A stretch of DNA of 64,000 nt from an uncultured Actinomycetes bacterium (GTDB taxonomy: Bacteria > Actinomycetota > Thermoleophilia > Gaiellales > JAICJC01): positions 632,349 through 696,348 of the forward strand of contig CAVWSF010000001.1 of assembly GCA_963757605.1 (NCBI GenBank), written 5' to 3'. Within the stretch, counting starts at the first letter, position 1. The number at the start of each line of letters is the position of its first letter. Below the pieces are notes generated by a model. That model saw only the letters and a program-made list of their open reading frames with translations, searched no databases and had not been told where the DNA came from. A program made the position numbers and the translations under genes. Positions 37,329 through 46,520 of the stretch are shown one piece after another.

Positions 37329-39220
37329 GATCGTAAGGGTACCGCCCCCCGCAGCCGGACCACCCGGGTTGCGGCCGCCATCGCTCCGGCGGCGTCGACG
37401 GCGACAGCCCGCAGCGAGCGGCCGGGCCGAACGAGCGCCGTCGAGACGATGCGGGCCTGCTCGGCGGCGGTCGGCGAGAACGGCGCGGGCCGCTCGGCCA
37501 GCCCGTGCGCGAGCGCCGCCAGGAGCGGCTCCGCCTCGAGCCGGCCGTCGCCGGCCCGCGGCAACCGCCGCCGAGCGACCACCCGCCCGCCCGCGCACGC
37601 GAACGCCTGCACGAAGCGGTCGTCGGTGTCGGGGGCCAGGATGACGCCGCTTCGGCTGCGCGCTCGGCGCAGTCGCTCGACCGCGCGGCCGGCCGTGCGC
37701 AGCGCCGCGAGCTGGTCGCGCACCGCGGCGGCGTCCTCGAAGCGGTGCTCGGCCGAGAGCCGGCGCATCCGCTCGTCGAGGTGCCTGGCCGGCGCGCCTC
37801 CGGCCGGAGCCTCCAGCCAGAGGCGCGCCTCCTCGACCGCGTCCGCGTAGCGGTCGAGATGCTCGCCGCCCCGGCACGGGGCGTGGCACGAGCCGATGAT
37901 CCCGGCCAGGCACGTGCCGTCGTCGACCGGCAGGCGCGGCCGGCACACACGCAGCCCGAAGGCGGCCCGGGCGGCGCCGGCCGCCGCCTCGGCCTGGGCC
38001 CGCGACCGCAGCGGCCCCGCCGTGATCGTGCCGGGCGGACCGGGGCCGGACGTGACGCGCAGCCGCGGCACCTGCTCCTCGAGCGTCAGCGTGAGATAGA
38101 CGCCGGGCCCGGCCCGCGGCGCCCGGGCGTTGGCGGGCGGGCGCAGGCCGGCGATCAGCTCGAGCTCGAGCAGCGCGGCCTCGAACTCGGAGCCCAGAGG
38201 CCTGGTCTCGATCCGGGCCGCCGCCTCGACGGCCCGCTCGACGGGCGCCCGCAGCGACCCGCCCGAGAAGTACGAGCGGACCCGGGCGCGCAGGTCGGTC
38301 GCCTTGCCGACGTAGAGCACCGCGTCGTTGGCGTCGCGGAAGAGGTAGACGCCCGGGCCGGTCGGCACCCCCTTCGCCAGGCCGCGCCGGGTGCGCACCC
38401 GGCGCCGCTCCGGCGCGCACAGCCCGATGACATCGGCCACCGTTGCCGCGCCGCGCTCCTGGGCCAGTCCGAGCAGGCGCACCAGCACCTCGGCCGTGGC
38501 CAGCGCGTCGGGGAGCGCGCGGTGGCAGGGCCGCACTTCGGTGTCGAACCGCTCGGCGAGCGTGCCCAGGTTCATGCGCTCGAGCCGGTCGCCGAGGAGC
38601 CGCCGGGCGAGCGCGACCGTGTCGATCACCGGCGCCGCCAGCCGGGCGCTGCGTAGGCGGCCCAGGTCGGCGTCGACGAACCCGATGTCGAAGCGGGCGT
38701 TGTGGGCCACGAGCACCGCGCCCGAGCTGAAGCGCAGGAACTCGTCGAGCACCGGCCCCACTCTCGGACGGCCGCGGACGTGATGGGTGGCGATGCCGGT
38801 GATCTGCGTGATCTGGGCCGGCACCAGGCAGCCCGGATCGACCAGCCGCTGCATCCGGGCCGCCTCGGAGAACCCGCTCATGCGGACGGCTCCCAGCTCG
38901 ACGATGCGCGACACCCCGGCGCGCGTGCCGGTGGTCTCGAGATCGAAGACGACGTACTCTGCCTGCTCGAGCGGGACGTCGAGGAGCGGCGCGACCTCGT
39001 CCCACTCGGCCAGCGCGACCTCGCCCGCGGAGCGCCAGACCAGGCGCGGGTCAGCCCGCACCACCTCGTCGACGAGCTGGTGGACGAGGGCTGTGGGCGC
39101 GCTGCGAAGCGCGAAGAGGCAGGCGGCCGCCTCGCTCAGCCCGACGGGTGCGCGGCGCGTGCACAGGAGCTCGTGCAGGCGGTCCGCGCCGTCGAGCGTG
39201 AGCTGCGCGACCGCGGCCAT
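37325..39220 (-). CDS. DEDDh 3'-5' exonuclease fused to UvrC-like GIY-YIG and UVR domains
   Basis: FDLETTG, HNARFD, HRALPDA; GVYLF..YVGKA; four-Cys cluster; FEDAAAVRD. Confidence 0.9.
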   Translation of the reverse strand: MAAVAQLTLDGADRLHELLCTRRAPVGLSEAAACLFALRSAPTALVHQLVDEVVRADPRLVWRSAGEVALAEWDEVAPLLDVPLEQAEYVVFDLETTGTRAGVSRIVELGAVRMSGFSEAARMQRLVDPGCLVPAQITQITGIATHHVRGRPRVGPVLDEFLRFSSGAVLVAHNARFDIGFVDADLGRLRSARLAAPVIDTVALARRLLGDRLERMNLGTLAERFDTEVRPCHRALPDALATAEVLVRLLGLAQERGAATVADVIGLCAPERRRVRTRRGLAKGVPTGPGVYLFRDANDAVLYVGKATDLRARVRSYFSGGSLRAPVERAVEAAARIETRPLGSEFEAALLELELIAGLRPPANARAPRAGPGVYLTLTLEEQVPRLRVTSGPGPPGTITAGPLRSRAQAEAAAGAARAAFGLRVCRPRLPVDDGTCLAGIIGSCHAPCRGGEHLDRYADAVEEARLWLEAPAGGAPARHLDERMRRLSAEHRFEDAAAVRDQLAALRTAGRAVERLRRARSRSGVILAPDTDDRFVQAFACAGGRVVARRRLPRAGDGRLEAEPLLAALAHGLAERPAPFSPTAAEQARIVSTALVRPGRSLRAVAVDAAGAMAAATRVVRLRGAVPLRS

Positions 39221-39234
39221 CGAACAGATGTTCG
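39221..39234. promoter_or_regulatory. LexA (SOS) box CGAACAGATGTTCG
   Basis: Exact CGAAC-N4-GTTCG Gram-positive consensus abutting the ATG of a DNA-repair nuclease. Confidence 0.85.
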
Positions 39235-39279
39235 CACGTGGCGCGGACGGCGGGCTGAAAGAGGCGCCCTTAAACGACG

Positions 39280-39314
39280 CGAGCGCCCCCGCGAGCCCGG
39301 CGCGGGGACGCTCG
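39280..39314 (-). terminator. Probable terminator hairpin downstream of hup
   Basis: CGAGCGTCCCCGCG...CGCGGGGGCGCTCG stem followed by CGTCGTTTA. Confidence 0.55.
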
Positions 39315-39326
39315 AGCGTCACACCT

Positions 39327-39605
39327 CTACTGTTTGACAGCCGCCTTGAGCTGGCTGCCTGCCGAGAACTTCGGCACCTTGCTCGCAGGGATGGTGACCT
39401 TCTGCGACGGATTGCGCGGGTTCACGCCGGTCCGGGCCTTGCGCGCCTGCACGCTGAACTTGCCGAAACCGGTGAAGGCGACCTCGTCGCCCTTCTGAAG
39501 TGCGTCCTTCACGGAATCGAGCACCGCATCCAGCGCCACGCCCGCGTCCTTCTTGCTGAGGCCCGAGCGGGTTGCCACGGCGTCGATAAAATCGCTCTTC
39601 GTCAC
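39327..39605 (-). CDS. hup: HU family DNA-binding protein
   Basis: GFGKF, RKARTGVNPRNP and VPKFSAG. Confidence 0.96.
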   Translation of the reverse strand: MTKSDFIDAVATRSGLSKKDAGVALDAVLDSVKDALQKGDEVAFTGFGKFSVQARKARTGVNPRNPSQKVTIPASKVPKFSAGSQLKAAVKQ

Positions 39606-39698
39606 GCCTCTCCTCCTGGTCGTGGGTCCTGAAACGTGTGAAGCGGTGGCACCCTACCACCGGCATCGGACGGCCACAATTCGAATCCCCAAGCGGGA

Positions 39699-40256
39699 TC
39701 AGACAGATTGCGTCACAGATGTGACGCCGAGGTCCGAGGTCGTGAACAAGGGGTGGAACGGCACGCCGGCAGCGGCGATGGCCGCGGCGCCGCCCTCCTC
39801 ACGGTCAACCACGCAAATTGCAGCACAAACGTCGAGGTCCGCCTCGCGCAGGGCGGCGACCGCGGCAAGGAGCGCGCCGCCAGAGGTGACAACATCCTCG
39901 ACCACGCACACCCGCTGCCCCGCCTGGTAGACGCCCTCGAGCCGATTGGCCGTCCCGTAGTCCTTGGCGGCCTTGCGCACGATCACGAAGGGCAGCCGCG
40001 CCTCGATCGCCGTGGCCGCGGCGAGCGGCACGGCACCCAGCTCCGGGCCCGCGAGGAGCTCCGCATCGGGTGCGTGCTCGCGCTGGAGCGCGGCGATCTC
40101 GCGGCCCAGTCCGGCCAGGAGCTCGGGCTCGGTCTCGAAGCGGTACTTGTCGAGGTAGTAGCGGCTGCGGCGCCCCGAGCGGAGCACGAAGTCGCCCTCC
40201 AGATAGGCGCGCTCGAGGAGCCGGCGGCCCAGCTCCGCGCGATCCGGCCCCGTCAC
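39699..40256 (-). CDS. pyrE: Orotate phosphoribosyltransferase
   Basis: GDFVLRSGRRSRYYLD, RKAAKDYG and VEDVVTSGG. Confidence 0.93.
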   Translation of the reverse strand: MTGPDRAELGRRLLERAYLEGDFVLRSGRRSRYYLDKYRFETEPELLAGLGREIAALQREHAPDAELLAGPELGAVPLAAATAIEARLPFVIVRKAAKDYGTANRLEGVYQAGQRVCVVEDVVTSGGALLAAVAALREADLDVCAAICVVDREEGGAAAIAAAGVPFHPLFTTSDLGVTSVTQSV

Positions 40257-40459
40257 CCCGCCTCGGCGAGGAGCTCGCTGGCGATGGGGAGCAGCGCGTC
40301 GGCGTCGGGCGAGCCGGTCCCGAGCGACATCATCGATCCGTCGTCGAAGTAGAGGTCGACCCGCGTACGGGCGCGCGCGCTGCGGCGGCGGTAGAGGAGC
40401 GTGCCGGCGAAGGAGCCGGCGCCCACGAGGACGCCGAGGACGAGGCGGCGCTTAGCCAT
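40253..40459 (-). CDS. Small membrane-anchored hypothetical protein
   Basis: N-terminal TM, RVDLYFDDGS; overlaps both neighbours. Confidence 0.7.
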   Translation of the reverse strand: MAKRRLVLGVLVGAGSFAGTLLYRRRSARARTRVDLYFDDGSMMSLGTGSPDADALLPIASELLAEAG

Positions 40460-40823
40460 CGGCCGCCTCCTCCTTCCCCGCGCCGTTCTCGACCTGGCGC
40501 AAGAGCGTCTTCAGGTCGTAGAAGACGAGCCCGACGGTGGGGTCGGGCCCCGTGGTGGCGACCGCCAGACGGCCGGAGTCGAGGACCACGAAAACGCTCC
40601 CGTCCGGCGTCGCCGCCTGGAGCTGGGCGAGCGCCTCGCGGCCGAGGTCGCTGCGCACCCCGTCGGCGCGCGTCACGAGGTCGGCGGCCAGCCGGGCCAC
40701 CCGCGTAGAGCGCTCGTCGGGGAGCGTCGAGGCGATCGGCGCACCGTCGGCAGCGGCCAGGACCACGGCCTCGATCTGGGTCGAGAGGTCCTTCAGCTCG
40801 CGGATCGCCGAATTCGGATCCAT
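40452..40823 (-). CDS. Roadblock/LC7 domain protein
   Basis: ELKDLSTQIEAVVL..ADG..IASTL and GLVFYDLK pattern. Confidence 0.75.
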   Translation of the reverse strand: MDPNSAIRELKDLSTQIEAVVLAAADGAPIASTLPDERSTRVARLAADLVTRADGVRSDLGREALAQLQAATPDGSVFVVLDSGRLAVATTGPDPTVGLVFYDLKTLLRQVENGAGKEEAADG

Positions 40824-40840
40824 CGAGATGACGCTAGCAC

Positions 40841-41728
40841 ATGCCGATATCCTCACCTGCAGTGGCAACGCCCGGCCACACAGTCCTGCGACCGTTTCGC
40901 AACGCGGCCCGCCAGGGAAGCCCCGTACTTGCGAAGTTCGTGCAGGACCGGGGCCCGCACCTGGCAGCCATGGTTGCGTATTACGCGCTGCTCTCGCTCG
41001 TCCCGTTCATGTTCCTGGCGGTGTCGCTCCTGGGCCTGGTCGGCCAGCTCTCCGCCAGCTCGTACATGATCCGCGAGCTGGGCTACATCCTCCCCGGCCA
41101 GTCGACCCACGACCTCCTGCAACCCGTCCGCAGCGTCCAGCGAAACGCCGGCACCCTGGGGATCATCGGCCTGCTCGGCATCGTGTGGGCGTCGCTCGGC
41201 TTCTACTCCGCGCTCGAGTCGGCGCTGAACATCGTCTTCCGCGTGCAGAACCGGGCGTTCCTGCACCAGAAGTGGGTCACCTTCTCCCTGGTCGTCTCGT
41301 CGGTCGTGGTGCTGTTCGCGTCGCTCCTCACCACGATCGCGGCGACCGGCTGGGTCGACCGGCACGCGCCGCACCTGATCCAGCTCAACGTGGCGGCGTA
41401 CCTGGCGACGATGGCGGCCTCGTCGATCGGGTCGTTCATCTTCCTAATGGCGATCTACCGCTACCTGACCAACGTGGAGCTGCACCGCGGCGACGTGTGG
41501 CCGGGGGCGCTGGTGGGCGCCGCGCTCTTCCAGGTCTCGTTCCAGGCGCTGCCGCTCTACCTGCGCTTCTCCGACCAGCTGCTCGCCCTGCGGGCGTTCG
41601 GCGGCCTGGTCATCCTGCTCGTCTGGCTCTACCTGATGGCGAACATCATCGTGCTGGGCGCCGAGATCAACTGGTTTCACTGGTCCCGCCGGCAGCCCAC
41701 CGACGAGGAGCTGGCGGGCCTCGCCTGA
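40841..41728 (+). CDS. YihY/BrkB family membrane protein
   Basis: LAAMVAYYALLSLVP, WPGA, FGGLVILLVWLY and GAEIN; start uncertain. Confidence 0.9.
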   Translation: MPISSPAVATPGHTVLRPFRNAARQGSPVLAKFVQDRGPHLAAMVAYYALLSLVPFMFLAVSLLGLVGQLSASSYMIRELGYILPGQSTHDLLQPVRSVQRNAGTLGIIGLLGIVWASLGFYSALESALNIVFRVQNRAFLHQKWVTFSLVVSSVVVLFASLLTTIAATGWVDRHAPHLIQLNVAAYLATMAASSIGSFIFLMAIYRYLTNVELHRGDVWPGALVGAALFQVSFQALPLYLRFSDQLLALRAFGGLVILLVWLYLMANIIVLGAEINWFHWSRRQPTDEELAGLA

Positions 41729-41754
41729 AAAATTGGTGCCTGGCACCGTTTTTT
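41729..41754. repeat. REP-like palindromic element, copy 2 (may serve as bidirectional terminator)
   Basis: AAAATTGGTGCCTGGCACCGTTTTTT fills the gap between the convergent yihY and rdgB stops. Confidence 0.7.
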
Positions 41755-42323
41755 CACCCTCGTTGCAGGAGGGGACGGAGAGTGCGGGCCGCGCGGGCGC
41801 GGTGGGAGATCGCGTCCTTCTCCTCGGCCGACATCTCGGCCACCGTGCGGATCTCGCCGTCCGGGACGAACGCCGGATCGTAGCCGAAGCCGCCCGTGCC
41901 GCGCGGGGCCGCGGCGAGCGTGCCTGTCAGCTCGCCGCGGGCGGTCACCTCGCCGCCGTCCGGGCCGATCGCGACCAGCTCGGCCACGTACCGCACCCGG
42001 CGGTCGTCCGATTCCGCGAGCGCGCCGATCAGCTTGGCCAGGTTCTGCTCGTCGGTCGCGTCCTCACCGGCGTAGCGGGCCGAGCGGACGCCCGGCGCGC
42101 CCTGAAGCGCCGCCGCCTCGATCCCGGAGTCGTCGGCCAGCACCCACTCGGCGCCGCCCAGGGCGTCGTGCACGTGGCGGGCCTTGAGTCGGGCGTTCTC
42201 GACGAACGTCTCGCCCGTCTCCTCGGGCAGCCCGCCGGCGAACGTCTCGACCTCCCAGCCCTCGAGCAGCCGGCCCAGCTCGCGGGCCTTGTGCGCGTTC
42301 CCGGACGCGAGGACGATCCTCAC
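41754..42323 (-). CDS. rdgB: RdgB/HAM1 non-canonical purine NTP pyrophosphatase
   Basis: ASGNAHK, ENARLKA, ADDSG, GFGYDP and SHR. Confidence 0.95.
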   Translation of the reverse strand: MRIVLASGNAHKARELGRLLEGWEVETFAGGLPEETGETFVENARLKARHVHDALGGAEWVLADDSGIEAAALQGAPGVRSARYAGEDATDEQNLAKLIGALAESDDRRVRYVAELVAIGPDGGEVTARGELTGTLAAAPRGTGGFGYDPAFVPDGEIRTVAEMSAEEKDAISHRARAARTLRPLLQRG

Positions 42324-43045
42324 GCCGGAGGGGCGAGCACCCGCTCCTGCTCGCGCGAGATCTCGCCGATGCCGCCCGCCGCGAGCTCGAGCATCCGGTC
42401 GAGCGATGCCCGCCCGAACGGCGTCTTCTCGGCCGTCGCCTGCACCTCGATCAGCTCGCCCGACCCGGTCATGACGACGTTCATGTCGACCTCCGCCCGG
42501 CTGTCCTCGGCGTAGGGCAGGTCGAGCACCGGCTCGCCGTCGACGATCCCGACCGAGATCGCCGCCACCGAGTCGCTGAGCGGCGTCCGCTGCAGCGCGC
42601 CGCTCCCGACCAGCCGCCAGAGCGCACGTGCAAGCGCCACGTAGCCTCCGCAGATGGCCGCGCAGCGGGTGCCGCCGTCGGCCTGGATCACGTCGCAGTC
42701 GATCCAGACGGTGCGCTCGCCGAGCTGGCGGAAGTCGACCACCGACCGCAGCGACCGGCCCACGAGCCGCTGGATCTCGACCGTGCGGCCGTCCTGCTTT
42801 CCGCGGGTCGCGTCGCGCGGCTTGCGGTCGCCGGTCGAGCCCGGCAGCATGCCGTACTCGGACGTGACCCAGCCGGTCCCGCGGCCGCGCATCCACGGCG
42901 GCACCGACTCCTCGACCATCGCCGTGCAGATGAGCCGCGTGGAGCCGATCTCGAAGAGGACGGAGCCGGTCGCCGACGGGATGAAGTCGAGGTCCATCGC
43001 CACCGGCCGCATCTCGTCGGCCGCCCGGCCGTCGGCGCGCGTCAC
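42320..43045 (-). CDS. rph: Ribonuclease PH
   Basis: GWVTSEYGMLP, GRTVEIQRLVGRSLR, ADGGTR and DMNVV. Confidence 0.97.
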   Translation of the reverse strand: MTRADGRAADEMRPVAMDLDFIPSATGSVLFEIGSTRLICTAMVEESVPPWMRGRGTGWVTSEYGMLPGSTGDRKPRDATRGKQDGRTVEIQRLVGRSLRSVVDFRQLGERTVWIDCDVIQADGGTRCAAICGGYVALARALWRLVGSGALQRTPLSDSVAAISVGIVDGEPVLDLPYAEDSRAEVDMNVVMTGSGELIEVQATAEKTPFGRASLDRMLELAAGGIGEISREQERVLAPPA

Positions 43046-43866
43046 GCCGCCACCGCCAGCGCCGCCGGGTCGACCCGCTCCACCTCGGTCAGCGGAAGCT
43101 GCAGGAACCGCCCGGCCACCTCGCGGAACGCAGCCGGGTCGCCCGTGCACATGAAGCGGTAGGCGCCCTCCCGGTCGCGCTCGTTCGAGACGCCGCGCCG
43201 GGTGACGGTGTCGGCCGCCTCGCGCGCGATCTCCTCGGCGGAGGTGATGAGCGTGACGCCGCGGCCGAAGATGCGCTGGAGCATCGGCCGGATGAGCGGG
43301 TAGTGGGTGCAGCCCAGGATGACCGTGTCGACGTCCGCCTCCTTCAGCTCCGCCGCGTAGCTGCGGGCGGCGTCGTGGAGCTCCTCGCCGTGGACGTCGC
43401 CCGACTGGATGAGCGGGACGAGGAGCGGGCAGGCGACCTGGGTGACGTCGATGCCCGCATCCAGCAGCTGCACCGCCTGCGGGTAGCGCCCGCTGGCGAC
43501 CGTGGCCTCGGTCGCCATCACGCCGACGCGGCGCGTCCGCGTGGCCTGCACCGCCGCGTGCGCCTCGGGCGTGATCACGCCGATCAGGGGCACCGAGAAC
43601 TCCCGCTGGAGGCCCGGAAGCGCCGACGCCGTGGCCGCGTTGCAGGCAACCACGATCAGCTTCACGTCGAGGGCCGCCAGGTGCGCTGCCACCTCGTGCG
43701 CGAAGCGGGCGATGACGTCGGCCGGCTTGGGCCCGTACGGGAAGCGGTCGGCGTGCGAGTCGCCGAAGTAGACGAAGTCCTCGTGGGGCAGCGTGACCAG
43801 GCATTCGTGGAGCACCGTGAGCCCGCCGACGCCGGAGTCGAACATGCCGATCGGCCGCGAATCCAT
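43042..43866 (-). CDS. murI: Glutamate racemase
   Basis: FDSGVGG, PYG, ACNAAT and LGCTHYP. Confidence 0.96.
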   Translation of the reverse strand: MDSRPIGMFDSGVGGLTVLHECLVTLPHEDFVYFGDSHADRFPYGPKPADVIARFAHEVAAHLAALDVKLIVVACNAATASALPGLQREFSVPLIGVITPEAHAAVQATRTRRVGVMATEATVASGRYPQAVQLLDAGIDVTQVACPLLVPLIQSGDVHGEELHDAARSYAAELKEADVDTVILGCTHYPLIRPMLQRIFGRGVTLITSAEEIAREAADTVTRRGVSNERDREGAYRFMCTGDPAAFREVAGRFLQLPLTEVERVDPAALAVAA

Positions 43867-43918
43867 CCGCGGGAGTGTACGGCCGCCGCCGAACGGCGCG
43901 CCCGGTACGGTTCCTGGG

Positions 43919-45724
43919 ATGGCCGAGCTGATCCCGCGCAGGATCCTCTTCGGGAACCCCGACAAGGGCTCCCCGGAGGTCGCCCCGGACGGCCGCCGGC
44001 TGGCCCACCTGGCGCCGGTCGACGACGTCCTGAACGTCTGGGTCGGCGACCTCTCGGGCGACGGCGCCCGGCCCGTCACGTCCGACACCGACCGCGGCGT
44101 CCGCACCTACCGCTGGGCCGAGGACGGCCGCCACCTCATCTACCTCCAGGACTCAGGCGGCGACGAGAACTGGCGCGTGCACGTGGTCGACCCCGAGACC
44201 GGCGAGGACCGCGACACGACGCCGTTCGAAGGCGTCCAGGCCCGCGTGCTGGGCGTCTCGCGGCGCCGGCCCGGGCACGTCCTGCTCGGCCTGAACAAGG
44301 ACGACCCCGAGCTCCACGACGCCTACCTCCTCGAGCTCGCCACCGGGAAGCTCGAGCGGGTGGCCGAGAACCCCGGCTTCTACGACTGGCTGGTCGACAA
44401 CGAGCTTCGCCCGCGCGGTGGGATGCGCATGCGCGAGGACGGGTCGGGCACCTTCGAGCTGGACGGCACGACCCTCCTCGAGCTCGACGCCGACGACACG
44501 ATCTCGAGCCAGGCGATCGGCTTCGCGGCCGACGACGCCTCCCTCTACGTCATCACGCCCGCCGGGGCCAACGCCGCCGGCCTCGTCAAGCTCACGCCGG
44601 GCTCGGCTCCCGAGACGCTCGTGGACGACCCCACCTACGACGTCGCCTCGGCGGAGCTCCACCCCGTCACCCGCGCCGTCGAGATCGTGAGCTTCCTGCG
44701 CGCCCGGCTCGAGCATCAGGTGCTCGACCCGGCCCTCGTCCCGGACGTCGAGGCGATCGCCGCCCTCAACCCGGGCGACGCCGTCTTCATCTCGCGCGAC
44801 CACGCCGACCGCACCTGGACGGTCGGCTTCACCGCCGACGACGGGCCGGTCGCCTACTACGCCTTCGACCGCGAAGCCCGGGCCGGCCGGTTCCTCTTCA
44901 CCCAGCACGACGACCTGGCCGGCTACCGGCTCTCGGCGATGGAGCCGTTCTCGTTCGCGGCCCGCGACGGCCTGCAGATCAACGGGTACCTGACCTTCCC
45001 GCCGGACGCGCCCCGGACCGGCCTGCCGGCCGTCCTCTTCGTGCACGGCGGACCGTGGGCCCGAGACACGTGGGGCTACGACGCCACCGCCCAGTGGCTC
45101 GCCAACCGCGGCTACCTGTGCGTGCAGGTGAACTACCGCGGCTCGACGGGCTACGGCAAGGCGTTTCTCAACGCCGGCGACCGCGAGTGGGGCCGGAAGA
45201 TGCACGACGACCTGATCGACGCCGTCGAGCACGTCGTCTCGCAGGGCTACGCCGAGCGCTCGCGGGTCGGGATCTACGGCGGCTCGTACGGCGGCTACGC
45301 GGCCCTGGCGGGAGCGACGTTCACGCCCGACACCTTCCGCTGCGCCGTCGACATCGTCGGCCCGTCGAACCTGCGCACGCTGCTCGAGACGATCCCGCCG
45401 TACTGGAAGCCGCTCATCACCCAGTTCTACCGCCGGGTCGGCCACCCCGAGGATGACGGCGAGCTCTTGTGGGAGCGCTCGCCGCTCTCCCGCGCCGGCG
45501 ACATCCGCATCCCGCTCCTGATCGCCCAGGGCGCGAACGACCCGCGGGTGAAGATGAGCGAGTCCGACCAGATCGTCGAGGCGCTGCGCGAGCGCGGCAT
45601 CCCGCACACGTACCTCGTCTACCCCGACGAGGGTCACGGCTTCAAGAAGCCCGAGAACGCGATGGCGTTCCAAGCCGAGGCGGAGCGCTTCCTGGCCGAG
45701 CACCTTGGCGGCCGGTGCGAATGA
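43919..45724 (+). CDS. S9 family peptidase (acylaminoacyl/prolyl oligopeptidase)
   Basis: HGGP, NYRGSTGYG, GGSYGG, NDPRV and EGHG. Confidence 0.93.
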   Translation: MAELIPRRILFGNPDKGSPEVAPDGRRLAHLAPVDDVLNVWVGDLSGDGARPVTSDTDRGVRTYRWAEDGRHLIYLQDSGGDENWRVHVVDPETGEDRDTTPFEGVQARVLGVSRRRPGHVLLGLNKDDPELHDAYLLELATGKLERVAENPGFYDWLVDNELRPRGGMRMREDGSGTFELDGTTLLELDADDTISSQAIGFAADDASLYVITPAGANAAGLVKLTPGSAPETLVDDPTYDVASAELHPVTRAVEIVSFLRARLEHQVLDPALVPDVEAIAALNPGDAVFISRDHADRTWTVGFTADDGPVAYYAFDREARAGRFLFTQHDDLAGYRLSAMEPFSFAARDGLQINGYLTFPPDAPRTGLPAVLFVHGGPWARDTWGYDATAQWLANRGYLCVQVNYRGSTGYGKAFLNAGDREWGRKMHDDLIDAVEHVVSQGYAERSRVGIYGGSYGGYAALAGATFTPDTFRCAVDIVGPSNLRTLLETIPPYWKPLITQFYRRVGHPEDDGELLWERSPLSRAGDIRIPLLIAQGANDPRVKMSESDQIVEALRERGIPHTYLVYPDEGHGFKKPENAMAFQAEAERFLAEHLGGRCE

Positions 45725-46437
45725 CGCCCCGCGCGCTCCACATCATGAACGAGTCGAGCGGCCCGGCCCGGGCCTTCGTCGACGCGCTCGAGGCGCGCGG
45801 CTTCGAGATCCTCACCGTGAGCCCGCATGCCGGCGAGCTGCCGGAGTCGCCGGAGGGCTTCGCCGCGATCCTCTCCGGCGGGGGGACGGCCGACACGCAC
45901 CAGACCGACCAGCACCCGTGGCTGATCCACGAGGTCGCGCTCCTGCGCGAGGCGATCGCCCAGGGCGTGCCGACGATGGGCCTGTGCCTGGGCGCCCAGC
46001 TCCTGACCGAGGCAGCGGGCGGCACCGTCTACCTCTCGGAGCCGGCCGAGGTGGGCTGGTTCGACGTCGAGGCCGCGCCCGAGGCGGCCGCCGACCCGGT
46101 CATGGGCTCGCTCCCGTCCAGCTTCCGGGCCATGCAGTGGCACCTGTACGCCTGCGGGCTCCCGCCGGCGGCGGTCGAGCTGGCGCGGAGCCCGGCCTGC
46201 GTCCAGGCGTTCCGGATCGGCGAGGCGGCCTGGGGCACGCAATTCCATATCGAGACGACCCGCGACATCCTCGTCTCGTGGGCCGACATGGCGCCCGACG
46301 AGCTCGCGAGGTACGGCTACGACCGGTCCCGCTACGACGCCGAGCTCGACCGCTACGGCCCCGCCCACGAGGCGATCGGCCGCGACATGGCCGGGCGGTT
46401 CGCCGAAGCTGCGCTGCGCGAGCTCCAGACGGTCTAG
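45721..46437 (+). CDS. Type 1 glutamine amidotransferase-like protein
   Basis: GLCLGAQ nucleophile elbow, QWH and QFHIE; ATGA overlap. Confidence 0.88.
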   Translation: MTPRALHIMNESSGPARAFVDALEARGFEILTVSPHAGELPESPEGFAAILSGGGTADTHQTDQHPWLIHEVALLREAIAQGVPTMGLCLGAQLLTEAAGGTVYLSEPAEVGWFDVEAAPEAAADPVMGSLPSSFRAMQWHLYACGLPPAAVELARSPACVQAFRIGEAAWGTQFHIETTRDILVSWADMAPDELARYGYDRSRYDAELDRYGPAHEAIGRDMAGRFAEAALRELQTV

Positions 46438-46520
46438 ACCGGTTCCCGGGCCGGCCGCTTTACTCCGACCGACCGAGGCTCTAATGTCGGCCGCATCGGC
46501 AACCTTCGAAGGGAGAGTTC

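Noticed and set aside
35668..39005. Apparent giant fusions in the ORF track (35668..37950, 36450..39005, 42320..44134, 53362..55212)
   Set aside because: The N-terminal extensions are Arg/Pro-rich read-through of neighbouring genes; the real starts are at GTGA/ATGA overlaps.
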